NCBI GenBank assembly: GCA_047495785.1
Contig: JBLDXI010000054.1
Location: 558,001 to 622,000, forward strand
DNA length: 64,000 nucleotides
Direction: 5' to 3'
DNA from: Lepidodermella squamata
Taxonomy: Eukaryota; Animalia; Gastrotricha
A model generated the notes under the pieces. The model ran no database searches. It saw only the letters and a program-made list of their open reading frames with translations, and had not been told where the DNA came from. The position numbers and the translations under genes are program-made. This document shows, piece by piece, positions 10,961 through 23,024 of this stretch; the first letter of the stretch is position 1; each line of letters opens with the position of its first letter.

Positions 10961-11789
10961 CTCGCAATCGCTAACAAATAAAAACCCATTATATTAGGGT
11001 AAGGGGGTCAAATTAGCCCCATTATTGAGTTCTCCATAGGGTAATTTGGCCTCGATGACATGGTCATACCTGTGCATCGCCTGTGGTCGCGCTTTTTTTG
11101 CTGTCATCTACGACGAAAATGGTCGAAGGGGAAAATTTCATCCGAACATCACATCGCATGATTGTCTCCAGATAATATAATTTGAAGGGGTCTTTTTTAC
11201 CTCCCTAAACTCACCACCTCTGTGCAACAACATGCTGTGACCCAATTTTGGGACATAATTGGCAAAATTTACATGCTTGTAGAAGCCTTGTTGATAATCG
11301 TCGCCGTAAAATTTTGTAGAGTTGGACTTTGTAGTTTTTGAGTCATCGATAAAAATGCGAAAACCTCAAATTTTGGCCAATTTACCCCAAATGACAGTAA
11401 TGAAACCGGCGGTTTTTCGGAGGGTGGGGCTCAGGCCCTTCCTTAGCAAGGGAGGGCGTTTTGGGAGAGTTGATTTAATCTCTAAATTCGATTATCCCTT
11501 ATCATTATCTTTTTAATATTGAGCTAGCACTTTACTAGCACAAAAAGCTGGATTAGAGGCTACGTTCATTAACAAAAAAGTTTGATCTCTGATAATTTAG
11601 AGCTTCTGGAGGAACTGCTTTTGTTACCAAGTATCGGTTGATTGTTGATTCACATTGGATAAACTGGCTTGATCAGATATAATCGGAACAACAATTTAGC
11701 TGCTCGTAAATAGCCATTTGCCCATTTAGCGCCGGACACTTGTATTCGGAAGACCCTACCCGACATAATCAAAAATACGGTAAAACTCA

Positions 11790-11908
11790 CTGTTTATAAC
11801 TTGACACTGCCATTTCAAGGTGATCAACTGCGCGCTGGTCAAAGCAGCTCGGTGATAGGAGAAACAGGCTACATTTGTATCCCCTGCGTGTGTCGGCGTG
11901 GAAGCTAA
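11790..11908 (-). pseudogene. LamG-EGF copy A upstream exon (end of LamG1); the exon-1 side is replaced by a LINE from ~12140
   Basis: 11636-12140 is nearly identical to 28372-28880 of copy D (ACFSYHRAALTSAQLITLKWQCQVIN). Confidence 0.8.
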
Positions 11909-12139
11909 GCTGAAACAGGGAATGCAGTGAAAGTTTTCGCTGGCAAAATCAAAGGGAATCGTTTAAGATTCTCTAACGATAATCACATGCATATTAATTT
12001 CCAGGTCCGCCCGATGTTTTTCGTCCGTGGGCGGGCCTGGAAATGTCCCACATACATCGTATCTCATTTCCATCTCGACCCCTCTACAATGTTTCGATAT
12101 TCAACAGACAACAGATATACGCAAATTGAGGGGACTAGA

Positions 12140-15100
12140 ATAAAACATAAAACATAAAAATCTTTATTGTTGTCCTCTTTCCAAATAAAAAATACACAAA
12201 ATAACTCGCTAATAATACTATGGAACAAGAGGCGCGTGCGAGTAAGATGTATCCATGCTCATCATATTGATGGGGCACGTAAGAGACGGAGAGGGAGATG
12301 GCGAGGGTTTTATCAGTTGCAGGGTAGTTATCGATAGCAGAGAGAAACACATTACAGATAATTGCGGTAAGAGTAAAAAGGAGAAAATATGGCGGAGACA
12401 ACGGTAGCTAACGGAGGAATTTTATAAAAAAGCAAGGCAGCCTGTAGAGGAAAAAAAGCAACATGAAAGAAGAGATGAAGAAAAAAGAGGGAAGATATAG
12501 GAGAGAAGATGGGAGAAAAGAGAATAACAGCCTAGCCTATGAAGTCGGGCAGAGGACCACGAGGAAGTCTGTTGCTCAACAGCACGAAGGGCGAGCGCGG
12601 AGGGGGGCGGTCCATCAGGCGGACGCTCTCGAGGTCCTCGCGCAGCGGCAGGACAAACTGAGCGGCTTTGGCGACATAACGGCGCTGGCACTGTTCCAGA
12701 AACCGAGGGACGCTCGGGATGCGGCAACGAGATTCCAACTCCGACACGCGGACCCTGTCGTCTCGACGAATGTGGAGCATTGCACGCAGGCTATCATTTT
12801 GGATGACTGCGAGACGATTAAGCTGTTGCTTCGAGGCGGTAGCCAGACAAATGGTCCCATAAGACCAGCACGAACGGACCAGAGTCAAGTAAAGGGTGCG
12901 GCGCCAGCGGCGCGACAGCCCAGGGGTGAACATGAGATGTTTGAAAAAACCCAGATTTCTGCGGCAGCGGTCAGAGATCTTGTCCACATGAACTTTCCAC
13001 GTCAGTTTAGGGTCCAAGTGAACACCGAGAACTCGTAACGACTCGACTGGCGGAATTACGGCTCCGTTGAGCCTAACATCAACGGACGCGTTACCAAAGG
13101 GCATAACTTCGCTCTTCGCGGGATTAAACTTCTGTCGCCACTTCTTGGCCCATCCGGAAATACGGGTGAGCTCCAATTGGAGGCGGCGCTGAGCAGCAGG
13201 GAACGTGCCACCCTCGCCGACGACAGTTAGATCGTCCGCGTAGGCCTGCAGCAACGTGCCATCCACGCTTGGGGCGGACAGCAAATCGGCGGTGTACAGA
13301 ATGTAGAGAAGCGGCGACAACGGGGAACCCTGCGGCACCCCGCAATGGACGACGACTTGACGACTCAGCGAGCCCGCCACGCGAGCTTGCAGACGACGAT
13401 CGCGAAGATAGTCGGGCAACCAGCCTACCGAATTTCGCGCTTATGGATCAGCCCAGCGTGCCACACGGAATCGTAGGCCGCCTGAACATCCAGGCCGGCC
13501 ACGACAGTCTTCTTGCGCAGGGAGCGGTTGACGTGGACGCGATGAACGATGCGAAGTGGGACATCGGGCGCGGAATGGTGCGGACGGAATGCAAACTGAT
13601 TCTCAGGGAGAAGGTGTTGACTTTCGAGAAACTGGGTCATCCACCGAGCCACGATCGACTCCAGGAGCTTGGCGTCAGTCGGCAGCAAGGAGATGGGACG
13701 CTGTGACGAGACATGGTTCTGCGGCTTGCTGGCCTTCGGTATAGGCACAACAACCGCTTCTTTCCACGCTTGAGGCATGTAGCGACTGCCAAGAGACATG
13801 TTGAACAGCCGACGAAGGTGGGCTTGCAGGACAGGGCCACACCATTTAAGGTAGATGTTTTGAATACCATCCAAGCCAGGGGCCTTGAAACGCCTAACAG
13901 CATCAGCGAGCATCCGTTGACTGACAGAAAACTCGCCGAGAGCGGGCAAGCGGATCACATCGGAAGCACGAAGGTCAGGATCTGCAACGACATCGTCCTC
14001 GACTTGTTGCCACAACTGGCGAGTGGCAGCGTCCGCATCGGGGTCGACGTAGGGCGACATCGGTTTGACGAAACGATCAAGCAGTGCATCAGCAAGGGCA
14101 GTAGAAGGCGGCAGGACACTGCCATCATCGAGCTTCATGTAGGTCAGGCGATCAACAGGGGTAGGGCGAAACTTATCGAGACGACGGAGGCGGGCATAAG
14201 TTTCGCGGTAGCGGTGCTGGAACGACAGAGCTTCAAAATATCGCAGGTTGGAGATATCCCGCCGCAATTGCTGAGCCGCTTTCGCAGCGCGGAACTGGGC
14301 GTCTAAGGCGTTGATCCTATCGACAAGCCCGGCATCAACTCGATTGCCGAGCCCACGTTCAAGAATCCTCTTTCTTTCGAGCAGGCTACGCATGTCGCGG
14401 GTCATTGAAACTTTCCTCAGCTGAGTGCGGTCGAGCAGAGGGACGTGAACACGGCGAGATTCGGCGATTGCCGCACCAACCTGGCACCGATACGAGTCGA
14501 TCCGAATCACTGGGTCGCCGACATTAGGCAGCGGGATTTCGGACAGCAGCCGGATCAGGGTACGAGAGAATCCAAAACGATCGGCTCTGGAGATGTCGTA
14601 GCGAGGAGCAGGGTCCACGAGTTCGTAGACGTGAGCAGGGCCAGAGCCGGACGGAAGACGAACCCTGACAGACGTGCAGAAGTGATCGCTGCTAAGTCGG
14701 TCACCAACAGACACGCCACCATCGAGCAGGCGAAGCGCCGCGTCGTTGACAATTCAGATATCGAGCGTAGATAGGGTCTTGTGAGCTTTCGACAGGTGCG
14801 TGGGAGGCGAGGAGAGAACAGTCAGACCAAGACGGGTGAAGAAATGATGTACGGAATAGCCGTGAAGGTTCCATAAATCGTGGGACTGTGAACCCCACAG
14901 CGGAGACTTGCCATTGAGATCCCCGCTAAAGATACAGGGGAGGCCGGAGGCGGAGGCCCCAGCGAACTGGAAGAAGCTGAGATCCAAGGACGACGTCGGC
15001 GGACAATAGCCGGTAAGAAGACGAACAACAGACGAGCCAGCGAAAGGGACAGCATCCAATGCGAGCCACTCACTAAGCTTGCGACCAGTCAGAGCCAGCC

Positions 15101-15608
15101 GCCGTTCGGCGACCACGAGAGCGCCCTCCCGAACAAACAGAGCAGCGCCGCCACGAGCGACGTTGAGCAACAGATCCTCGGAGTCCTGTACCCGATCACA
15201 ACGAAAAATGGCATAATCCCTAGAGGTTACACGCAAAAGGGAGAAAAGAAAGGATTCACTTATGAAAAGAGCAAAGGGTTTATAAGTCTCTAGCTGTTGA
15301 CAAGTTTCAGCTTCCTTGCCGGGGAGGCCGCACGGATTCCACTGTAGTAGCGTACGCAGCGTATTAGCCATTACGGGTCGAGCTGGTTTGTGGCGGCAGC
15401 GGGGAGGCGAAGAGCCGGTCGAATAAGCGTCCGACAGTGTCGAGTCGGCGCTCGAAAGCGGCTTCCATACGCTGGAACCGCTCTTCCATAAGACTAAAGA
15501 GCCGGGCGCCATCAGGCGACAGAAAGTGACCGCGGAGTGCAGGATTAACAGGCGGAGGAGCAGGAGGCACACACGACGGAGAAGGGGATGACCACGGACA
15601 GGGCTGCA
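12140..15608 (-). mobile_element. Jockey-like LINE family 2, 5'-truncated within ORF1, ORF2 frameshifted
   Basis: ORF1 tail ...STRNG* (stop 15364-15366) overlaps ORF2 ATG 15371 (MANTLRTLLQWN...SES...GDLNG...SDH). RT is in pieces 13425..14714 and 12532..13419; (ATGTTTT)n tail near 12140. Confidence 0.9.
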
Positions 15609-15871
15609 AATAGTTTCTAAAGCTTCCTGTATCTTGATTTCCAAAAATTGATCAAAGCATACCTTTTTTACGTTGCTTTAATGTTAATTTTTCTGCCTCC
15701 CTTCGAAACTTCCTGTAACAGGATACCAGGATTAAGGAAATACTTGCAGCCCTGACCACGGAGCAGGCTTTGACGAGACGGAGCAGGACGAATAAATTTG
15801 AATTTAGAGCGCTGCAGCGAAGACTCGTTGATCACACTGATTTAGATGTGCCGGTAGATAGGTTTCTAAAT

Positions 15872-16320
15872 ATGGCAAAACAGCTGCGTGGCTTCGAACA
15901 ATGGCAGCTTGAAATATTATGCGACCACTTGGAAGAGTGGCAAAAGCAGAAATTCAGTGATACGAGGCATCGAAACAGGGAGCTGAGAGAGTTGGCGCAT
16001 CTACTGTCGAAAAAATTAACGAACGTGAGGGTCGGATGCGGTCATGGTTCACTCATGACATAACGTCGAATGTGTCCGAAATAAGGGCAAAGAAACAGAT
16101 CCTACTGTCAACGGCTCAATTCAACGATCTGAAGGAGTGGTTTAAGGGGAATCCGTATCCAAGTAAAGAAGATCAAGCGAGAATGTCAGCGAAAACTGGC
16201 CTGAATGTCTATAAAATCGAACGCTGGCTGCGTTATCAACGTGAGTTGAACAAACCACCCAACGCTCGGGAAACGAAGAGATTCATTTTCACGCACGAAA
16301 ATCGCGATCTGTTGGAGAAT
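15872..16320 (+). pseudogene. Multi-homeobox copy H1, frameshifted and truncated after exon 1
   Basis: Close paralog of 43093-43542. Frameshift in the A-run at ~16010-16020; followed by an inverted LINE 3'UTR scrap and (GGGAGAAT)4 at ~16337-16394. Confidence 0.85.
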
Positions 16321-17021
16321 GTAAGGAATGCACGTACAGGCACGTAAACACAGCGAGGGAGAATGGGAGAATGGGAGAATGGGAGAATGGGAGACTGTAT
16401 TCATCTTCGGTTCCTGCGGAACCTCGATTCATACAGTCATTCGTACAAGAAAAGTGTTTCTGTATTCTGAGTAAATCCGAGATTACTTTTATTCTCCTCT
16501 GTATCTGCGAAAAACTCGGAGAAACGAAGCTAGAAAGTGCGGGGAAAAGTGATCTTGTGCGCCATTTATATAGGAAAATGCGATAATAAAAAGTCCATCT
16601 TAATAAAAGTGTTTCTGTATTGTACAGGAATACAGTATCTGTATCGTTTTTTAGCCTCAATCATAGGAGAAACCATTTTCCCCTTCAATCGATGGAGTCA
16701 AATATGGCTGCGAACGAGTCGGAGTTATCGAGGTCACTCAAGTGTCTATTCAAGGCGTTGATTTTTTATGTGACTGGCGCGATGCCGGTTATGCTGGTTC
16801 TACTAGCACCTTATCTAACACCGAGAATTTACATAGCGAGCTCGTACCTTGATTTCAATGACGAACTTCCTGGTCGTTGCTGATTTCGACTTTTGAAAAT
16901 TTCCATCTTAAAATGGTCACTTATCTTTTCTGAAAAAACTCTGTTTACTTTCAAACTCAATTCACCTGATGATGAAATCTGTATTGATTTCGAAACGTCG
17001 TGCAATAAAAACTATCTTAGT

Positions 17022-17822
17022 CATAGAGAATAGAGTTACCAGAGATGAAACTCCTATCGTTTTCTTTGGTGGAAATGATAGAGCTGAGTCCATATTATCA
17101 CCATGTGAAATGAGTTGTTTACCAAAGCCACCGTTCAAAAATTATTCATCGGTTTCAGAAGCATTTTTTTGGTTTACATGCTTTATACCTAAACCACCCA
17201 GCCGTCATTCCAGACGTCATTCCGCATGAGAAAACGCGTTCGCGCTTCGTATGAAACAAAATTGAGAAATTTCGTAGGCTGCTTTTAAATAATTTGAAAA
17301 AAAACTTAGCATCGATTTCAGCCTTTGCACTTTGCGATATTCAATAACAGAATTCCGAAAAAATGCTTCTGAAACCGATGAATAATTTTTGAACGGTGGC
17401 TTTGGTAAACAACTCATTTCACATGGTGATAATATGGACTCAGCTCTATCATTTCCACCAAAGAAAACGATAGTCCGATCAAGGATGTGGCCGTGGGGTC
17501 AAGCCGAAAACCCCAATTTTTGAACCCCCAAAAAGTGACCTTCGGGAAAACCGCTATGGCGTCAAAACCATTCATTTCCCAGCCGATTCCTTTGAACTGG
17601 TTGAAGTTGAAACCAATCCCCATCGATTATAATAAAAAAATAAAAATTCCATGATGAGGGATAGTGGGTATAGCGCGTGGAAAAACACCATTTTTTACAT
17701 GTAAACATGCATGCGCGACTTTCAAAAAGATCCGCCATAATGAAATTTTACGAAATCGGCAAAAGAATTAAAACTTCTAGTTTCCAATAGGAGTTTCATC
17801 TCTGGTAACTCTATTCTCTATG
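17022..17822. mobile_element. MITE with ~36-bp TIRs and 8-bp TSD (P- or hAT-type)
   Basis: TIR CATAGAGAATAGAGTTACCAGAGATGAAACTCCTAT at both ends; TSD ATCTTAGT at 17014-17021 and 17823-17830. Confidence 0.92.
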
Positions 17823-17843
17823 ATCTTAGTCAATAAACATTGA

Positions 17844-18210
17844 GACCCTACCATCCGCTTCGAAAAAAAGCCCAGATCAAGCCCTGGAAGTCGACAAAGA
17901 AAAACGGGCACACTACGAGCCTTGCGCAGAATACTTCAAGGAAAGATACAATCTAACTTCCCTCGAAGTAATCGGTCTCTTCGTTGGAGCCCGTGGTACC
18001 ATCACCAAGTTCTTCCGCGACTTCGCAAAACGTCTCGAACTACCGCAGTCACTCATGTGCGACATCGTCATTTCAACGATAAAAGACTCATGCAAAATCA
18101 TAAATAATCATATGTACAGAAAGAATTAGTTAAATATAAATACCCGCGTCTATAGGCAAACTGTTACTTAGTATCAGTCGGATCGATCATTGTTTTTACA
18201 ATAAACTACT
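17844..18210 (+). mobile_element. 3' fragment of an RLE-type (R2-superfamily) non-LTR retrotransposon
   Basis: Manual translation DPTIRFEK/(+1)/DQALEVDKEKRAHYEPC...LEVIGLFVGARGTI...KN* (stop ends 18129) resembles the C-terminal half of restriction-like endonuclease domains; short 3'UTR with AATAAA. Confidence 0.7.
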
Positions 18211-18548
18211 ATATTCAATGGGACTTGAATTTCTTAGGTACAGTAGTAGCACCCCAGTTTAGTAGCAGCCCCGTATACCGGAAACTTCCGTTCATAGACA
18301 ATATGGACAGAGTAAAGATAACTTTCAAATTTAAATTTTTCATAAAGTATAGAGCTACCTATATAGTTTAGCATTGGACGGATGTTTATTTCGGGGCGGA
18401 TATTTATATAGTAATTGATTCAAGATTATTCAATATTATTCATGCGACAAGTTATAGAAAGTACATGAGTTAATATGCACGACATTATATTTAAATCGTG
18501 CGATAGGAGGCTAAGAAAGTAAATTTTGATGTGGTTTTAGGTGGAATG

Positions 18549-19763
18549 TCATGGGCGTATTATGTTGAAATCAGCGCAGAAATCGTAGCATTTGTTGTCT
18601 CGGATACAGCCGCATTTTCGAGCTAATCGGAAGACAAGATAAGCTTATAAGGGCAGATGGCATGATCAAATTACCGAATTCGCATCTCGGTGGCTTGTAC
18701 GGCGGGACGCAAGTGCATTTATTCGGAGCAGTGCAGCTTCCACCATTCAAGCACGAGTCGGAACATATTGCTAGCAAACGGCAAAATATTTCAAACAAGT
18801 CATGAAAAATCGGAAATCCGAACGTGATTGGCATTTATCACCGGTATAACCAGGGTTACACGTGCACGTGTAACCCGAGAGACTCGTCAGCGAAGCGGAG
18901 CAAGTATTTGGCGCACAGTTGGTGGGGCACGAAATGCCTTATAGTTCATACGTTTATTGAATTTTAAAAGTTATATTTCAGATTACTATTAATAAGGCTG
19001 CACTGATCTCGCAGCGTAATAAGTTGGGAATTGTTGAGTGGTGCTAGGAAAAATGAGAAACAAGCAACGCTCACTGGGCTCGCGGTACCAAGCACCAACC
19101 GGCTAACATTGAAATGTAAGTGATATGCGCAATTTCCTAGCATCCCTCGACTTACCGCGCCGACACTGAACCTGATACACTGGCTGTTACGCCGAATCCA
19201 ACAAAAGACTTATCAGTGCAGAAGATAGTCGAAGAATTTGTAATATTGCTATATGCCACAGCCAAAAACTGCCATGTTGTTACTGAGCAAGGTATTGTCG
19301 CCCCTATCGCTGGGTACATACCATCGCCGTAGCATCTGATGTGAGATGCATTGGCTTGCAAACATCCTGCTCCCTTATAGGGCGGGCTGATAAGATCAAA
19401 TAGTCGGCAGTTGTTATTCGTGCACGAGGCTTTGATCCAAACACCAACTGTCCACGAGGAACTTCCGCCGAATACGGTATGATTAAAGTATACGTTGCTA
19501 GAATTGTCCAGTTGATTCAGGGCCTTAGCACCTGCATTCGAGTCGCCGAACGGGCCAGCTACGTCGAATAAAGTTCCGTTCAGTGTTGCGGCTATACCAT
19601 ATGTCGAAACACTGACATCGCGATTAGTCCAGAGTCCGTTCAAAGGCCAATACCCGACGATATTCGGGGAGGCGATGTTGTTTCTTAGCTGCTGCACAAT
19701 CGATTGTGCGAAGCTCGTCTGACGAAGGCAAAAGACGGCGAAAATTATGAAGGTGGCAACCAT
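18549..19763 (-). CDS. LamG-EGF copy B: signal peptide, one LamG-like domain, two EGF, Cys tail (5 exons)
   Basis: MVATFIIFAVFCL signal peptide; NIVGYWPLNG...WIK...WQFLAVAY; EGF exons; last exon ARKCGCIRDNKCYDFCADFNIIRP*; GT-AG introns ~50 bp. Confidence 0.85.
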
Positions 19764-20020
19764 CTGCAGATCTTTCTGGCTAGTTTAAACTCAGCTGTGA
19801 AATATCGAGTCCTATTTTCGTCGACAAATTATGCCTTTCTGTATTTTAAATGTGTGGATAATATTATGCGTTTGATACGTGCAGTAGGTCAAACGTCTTC
19901 CAAAGATGATCGATCGATGTTACCCACAACCAAGCGCGATATTTTCAACAACAGAAGCGTGAGGTGCAAGATTAAGGCAACAAACTAACCAGCAAAAGAT
20001 TATTTTGCGGACTTTAAAAA

Positions 20021-20031
20021 ACGTGTTGCTA
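20021..20031. promoter_or_regulatory. Conserved upstream motif ACGTGTTGCTA (also 26186, 29747, 40931, 50133)
   Basis: Occurs 160-450 bp upstream of the ATG of all five family members that retain exon 1. Confidence 0.55.
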
Positions 20032-20292
20032 AGTGTCTCTAATACAGAAGTTGAGACCGCTTCTTTCTTATGTTCGTCAATCAATGTGATTTTCTTCAAT
20101 CACGGCTGTTTTGTGCTGAAAAATCGAATGGAAACAAACCAATTCATGATTAATTAATTTGACTCAAAGCTACGCCATCTCCTATACTAAAAAAGTTAAT
20201 TCGTGTCTTCTGCATTGGACAATTCGATAAAATTTAACAATTTGCAGAAATGATTTGTGTGGGATGCTTCAATTTTTACTTTCTTTAAAACC

Positions 20293-22032
20293 TTAAACAT
20301 ACAAATCTTTATTATTGTCATCCGTCCGAATAAGAAAATTCGCATAATAACTCTCTAATAATACCATAGAACAAGAGGCGCGAGCTAACAAGATGGAGCC
20401 ATGCTCACCGTATCGATGGTGCAAGGAAGAGACAGAAAGGAAGAGGGCGAGGGTTCTATCAGTTGCAGGGTAGTTATCTAGGGCGGAGAGAAACATAATA
20501 CAGAGAAATACGGTAAAATGGAGAAAAAGGCGGAGGCAACGTTAGCTAACGGGGTTGGGAATTCTAAAAAAAACACAAGGCGTTCTGACGGGTAGATGAA
20601 AGACAAGGAACGGGGAAGATGAGGTGAAGAAAGAGAAGAAGAGAGGAGTGGAAGCAGAAAAAAGAGAGAAGATATAGGAGAGAAGATGGGAGAAAAGAGA
20701 ATAACAGCCTAGCCTATGAAGTCGGGCAGGGGACCACGAGGGAGTCTGTTGCTCAACAGTACGAAGGGCGAGCGCGGAGGGGGGCGGGCCATCAGGCGGA
20801 CGCTCTCGAGGTCCTCGCGCAGCGGCAGGACAAACTGAGCGGCATTGGCGACATAACGGCGCTGGCCCTGTTCCAGAAACCGAGGGACACTCGGGATACG
20901 GCAACGAGATTCCAACTCCAACACGCGGACCCTGTCGTCCCGACGAATGTTGAGAACTGCACGGAGGCTATCATTCTGGATGACAGCTTCGAGGCGGTAG
21001 CGAGGCAGACGGTCCCATAAGACCAGCACGAACGTACCAGGGTCAGGTAAAGGGTGCGGCGCCAGCGGCACGACAGCCCATGGGTGAACATGAGATGTTT
21101 GAAAAAACCCAGATTTCTGCGGCAGCGGTCTTGTCCGCAATCCACATGAACTTTCCACGTCAGTTTAGGGTCCAAGTGAACACCGAGTAACGACTCGACT
21201 TGCGGAATTACGGCTCCGTTGAGCCTAACATCAACGGACGCGTTACCAAAGGGCATAACTTCGCTCTTCGCGGGATTAAACTTCTGGCGCCACTTCTTGG
21301 CCCATCCGGAAATACGGGTGAGCTCCAATTGGAGGCGGCGCTTAGCAGCAGGGAACGTGCCACCCTCACCGACGACAGTTAGATCGTCCGCGTAGGCCTG
21401 CAGCAACGTGCCATCCACGCTTGGGGCGGACAGCAAATCGGCGGTGTACAGAATGTAGAGAAGCGGCGACAACGGGGAACCCTGCGGCACCCCGCAATTG
21501 ACGACGACTTGACGACTCAGCGAGCCCGCCACGCGAGCTTGCAGACGACGATCGCGAAGATAGTCGGGCAACCAGCCTACCGAATTTCGCGCTTATGGAT
21601 CAGCCCAGCGTGCCACACGGAATCGTAGGCCGCCTGAACATCCAGGCCGGCCACGACAGTCTTCTTGCGCAGGGAGCGGTTGACGTGGACGCGATGAACG
21701 ATGCGAAGTGGGACATCGGGCGCGGAATGGTGCGGACGGAATGCAAACTGATTCTCAGGGAGAAGGTGTTGACTTTCGAGAAACTGGGTCATCCACCGAG
21801 CCACGATCGACTCCAGGAGCTTGGCGTCAGTCGGCAGCAAGGAGATGGGACGCTGTGACGAGACATGGTTCTGCGGCTTGCCGGCCTTTGGGATAGGCAC
21901 AACAACCGCTTCTTTCCACGCTTGAGGCATGTAGCGACTGCCAAGAGACATGTTGAACAGCCGACGAAGGTGGGTTTGCAGGACAGGGCCACACCATTTA
22001 AGGTAGATGTTTTGAATACCATATCCAAGCCG
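20293..22032 (-). mobile_element. Jockey-like LINE family 2, 5'-truncated second copy
   Basis: RT C-terminal half matching 12532-13875, with the same HKREIR* frameshift; 3'UTR with AATAAA. Confidence 0.9.
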
Positions 22033-23024
22033 GGCAGAATGTGCCAAATGTTTATTTTCACAATATTCTACGAATTTTTGGTAACGTATGGTTTCTTACG
22101 TGAACGCTACGCCTTGCACAGAATTTGCAATAATTTGCAGAATTTAACCCTGAATTTAAATATAATTTATAATTTAGATGGCCTATAATAATATCTTTGG
22201 AAGTTCTGGAACGTTTCTATAATTCTATATAGAATTCTATAATTCGGTTCCGCCTACAGCAAATTTGGTTCCGGTTAACAGTAGGACCCTTTCTACATAC
22301 GTCAAATCAGCCATAAAATGTATTAGGAGTTCCAAATAGATACCGTATTTTTTACTATAGCAGCTTCTATAGCAGGCTACTAAAAAATAATTCAAGCGTA
22401 AAATTAGACCAAAACTGCTGAACCCCTGTTTTTCCTTAAGCTGAAAAAACGGATTTTTTCGATGAAACGCGTGCTTTATTTACGCCATTTCATACAATAA
22501 ATGATGAATAGAAACGCGAAATCACAAACAATGATTCATATACAATGAATATCCATGAAACTAGCGTTTCATTTCCATTTTATTTTAAAAAATGAAATAA
22601 AATTGAGATAAAGAAACGCACTCATTGATATTTAATCGACGACGCATTCGGCAATCAAAGGATAGATACTACTACCTGTTTATTAAACTATTACATCAGA
22701 TTACATCAGTTACTTTCCGGAAAGAGAAACTAAAATGTAGCCTGTGAAATTTTCAAATTCCTATTCCAAAATTGTTATCAGTGCATCCTAAGGTGCTACG
22801 TATCATGAAAAACTAGGAAGCTGACGTAAAAGAACTACGCAGGCACAGAATTCGATGAATTCTTAGAATAATATATTTTGAACAGAGATGGAAAATAACG
22901 TGTATGGATCAGAAGAAGGGCATTGTTGTAGTTTTAGAGGCGGCATTCCAGTTTCGTGTCACTAAGTTATACATCATGCTTTCTGCATTTTGCTTTAGTG
23001 GCATTATGGCTGAGAATTATCCAA

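Larger units (their letters stand above)
1365..11553. mobile_element. ~4-kb TIR-less non-autonomous element, copy 1 (expanded to 10.2 kb by two nested LINEs), in an intron of LamG-EGF copy A
   Basis: The paralogous empty site ttctaGATtagaggctacg (32051-32069) is split here into tctaGAT(1365-1367)...aagctgGAT(11551-11553)tagaggctacg. An inverted second copy at 57842-61806 has the same two termini. Confidence 0.85.

Noticed and set aside
19152-19763. Bacterial origin (HGT or contamination) of the LamG-like domains
   Set aside because: The genes have conserved spliceosomal introns and EGF exons; an older transfer cannot be judged without a phylogeny.
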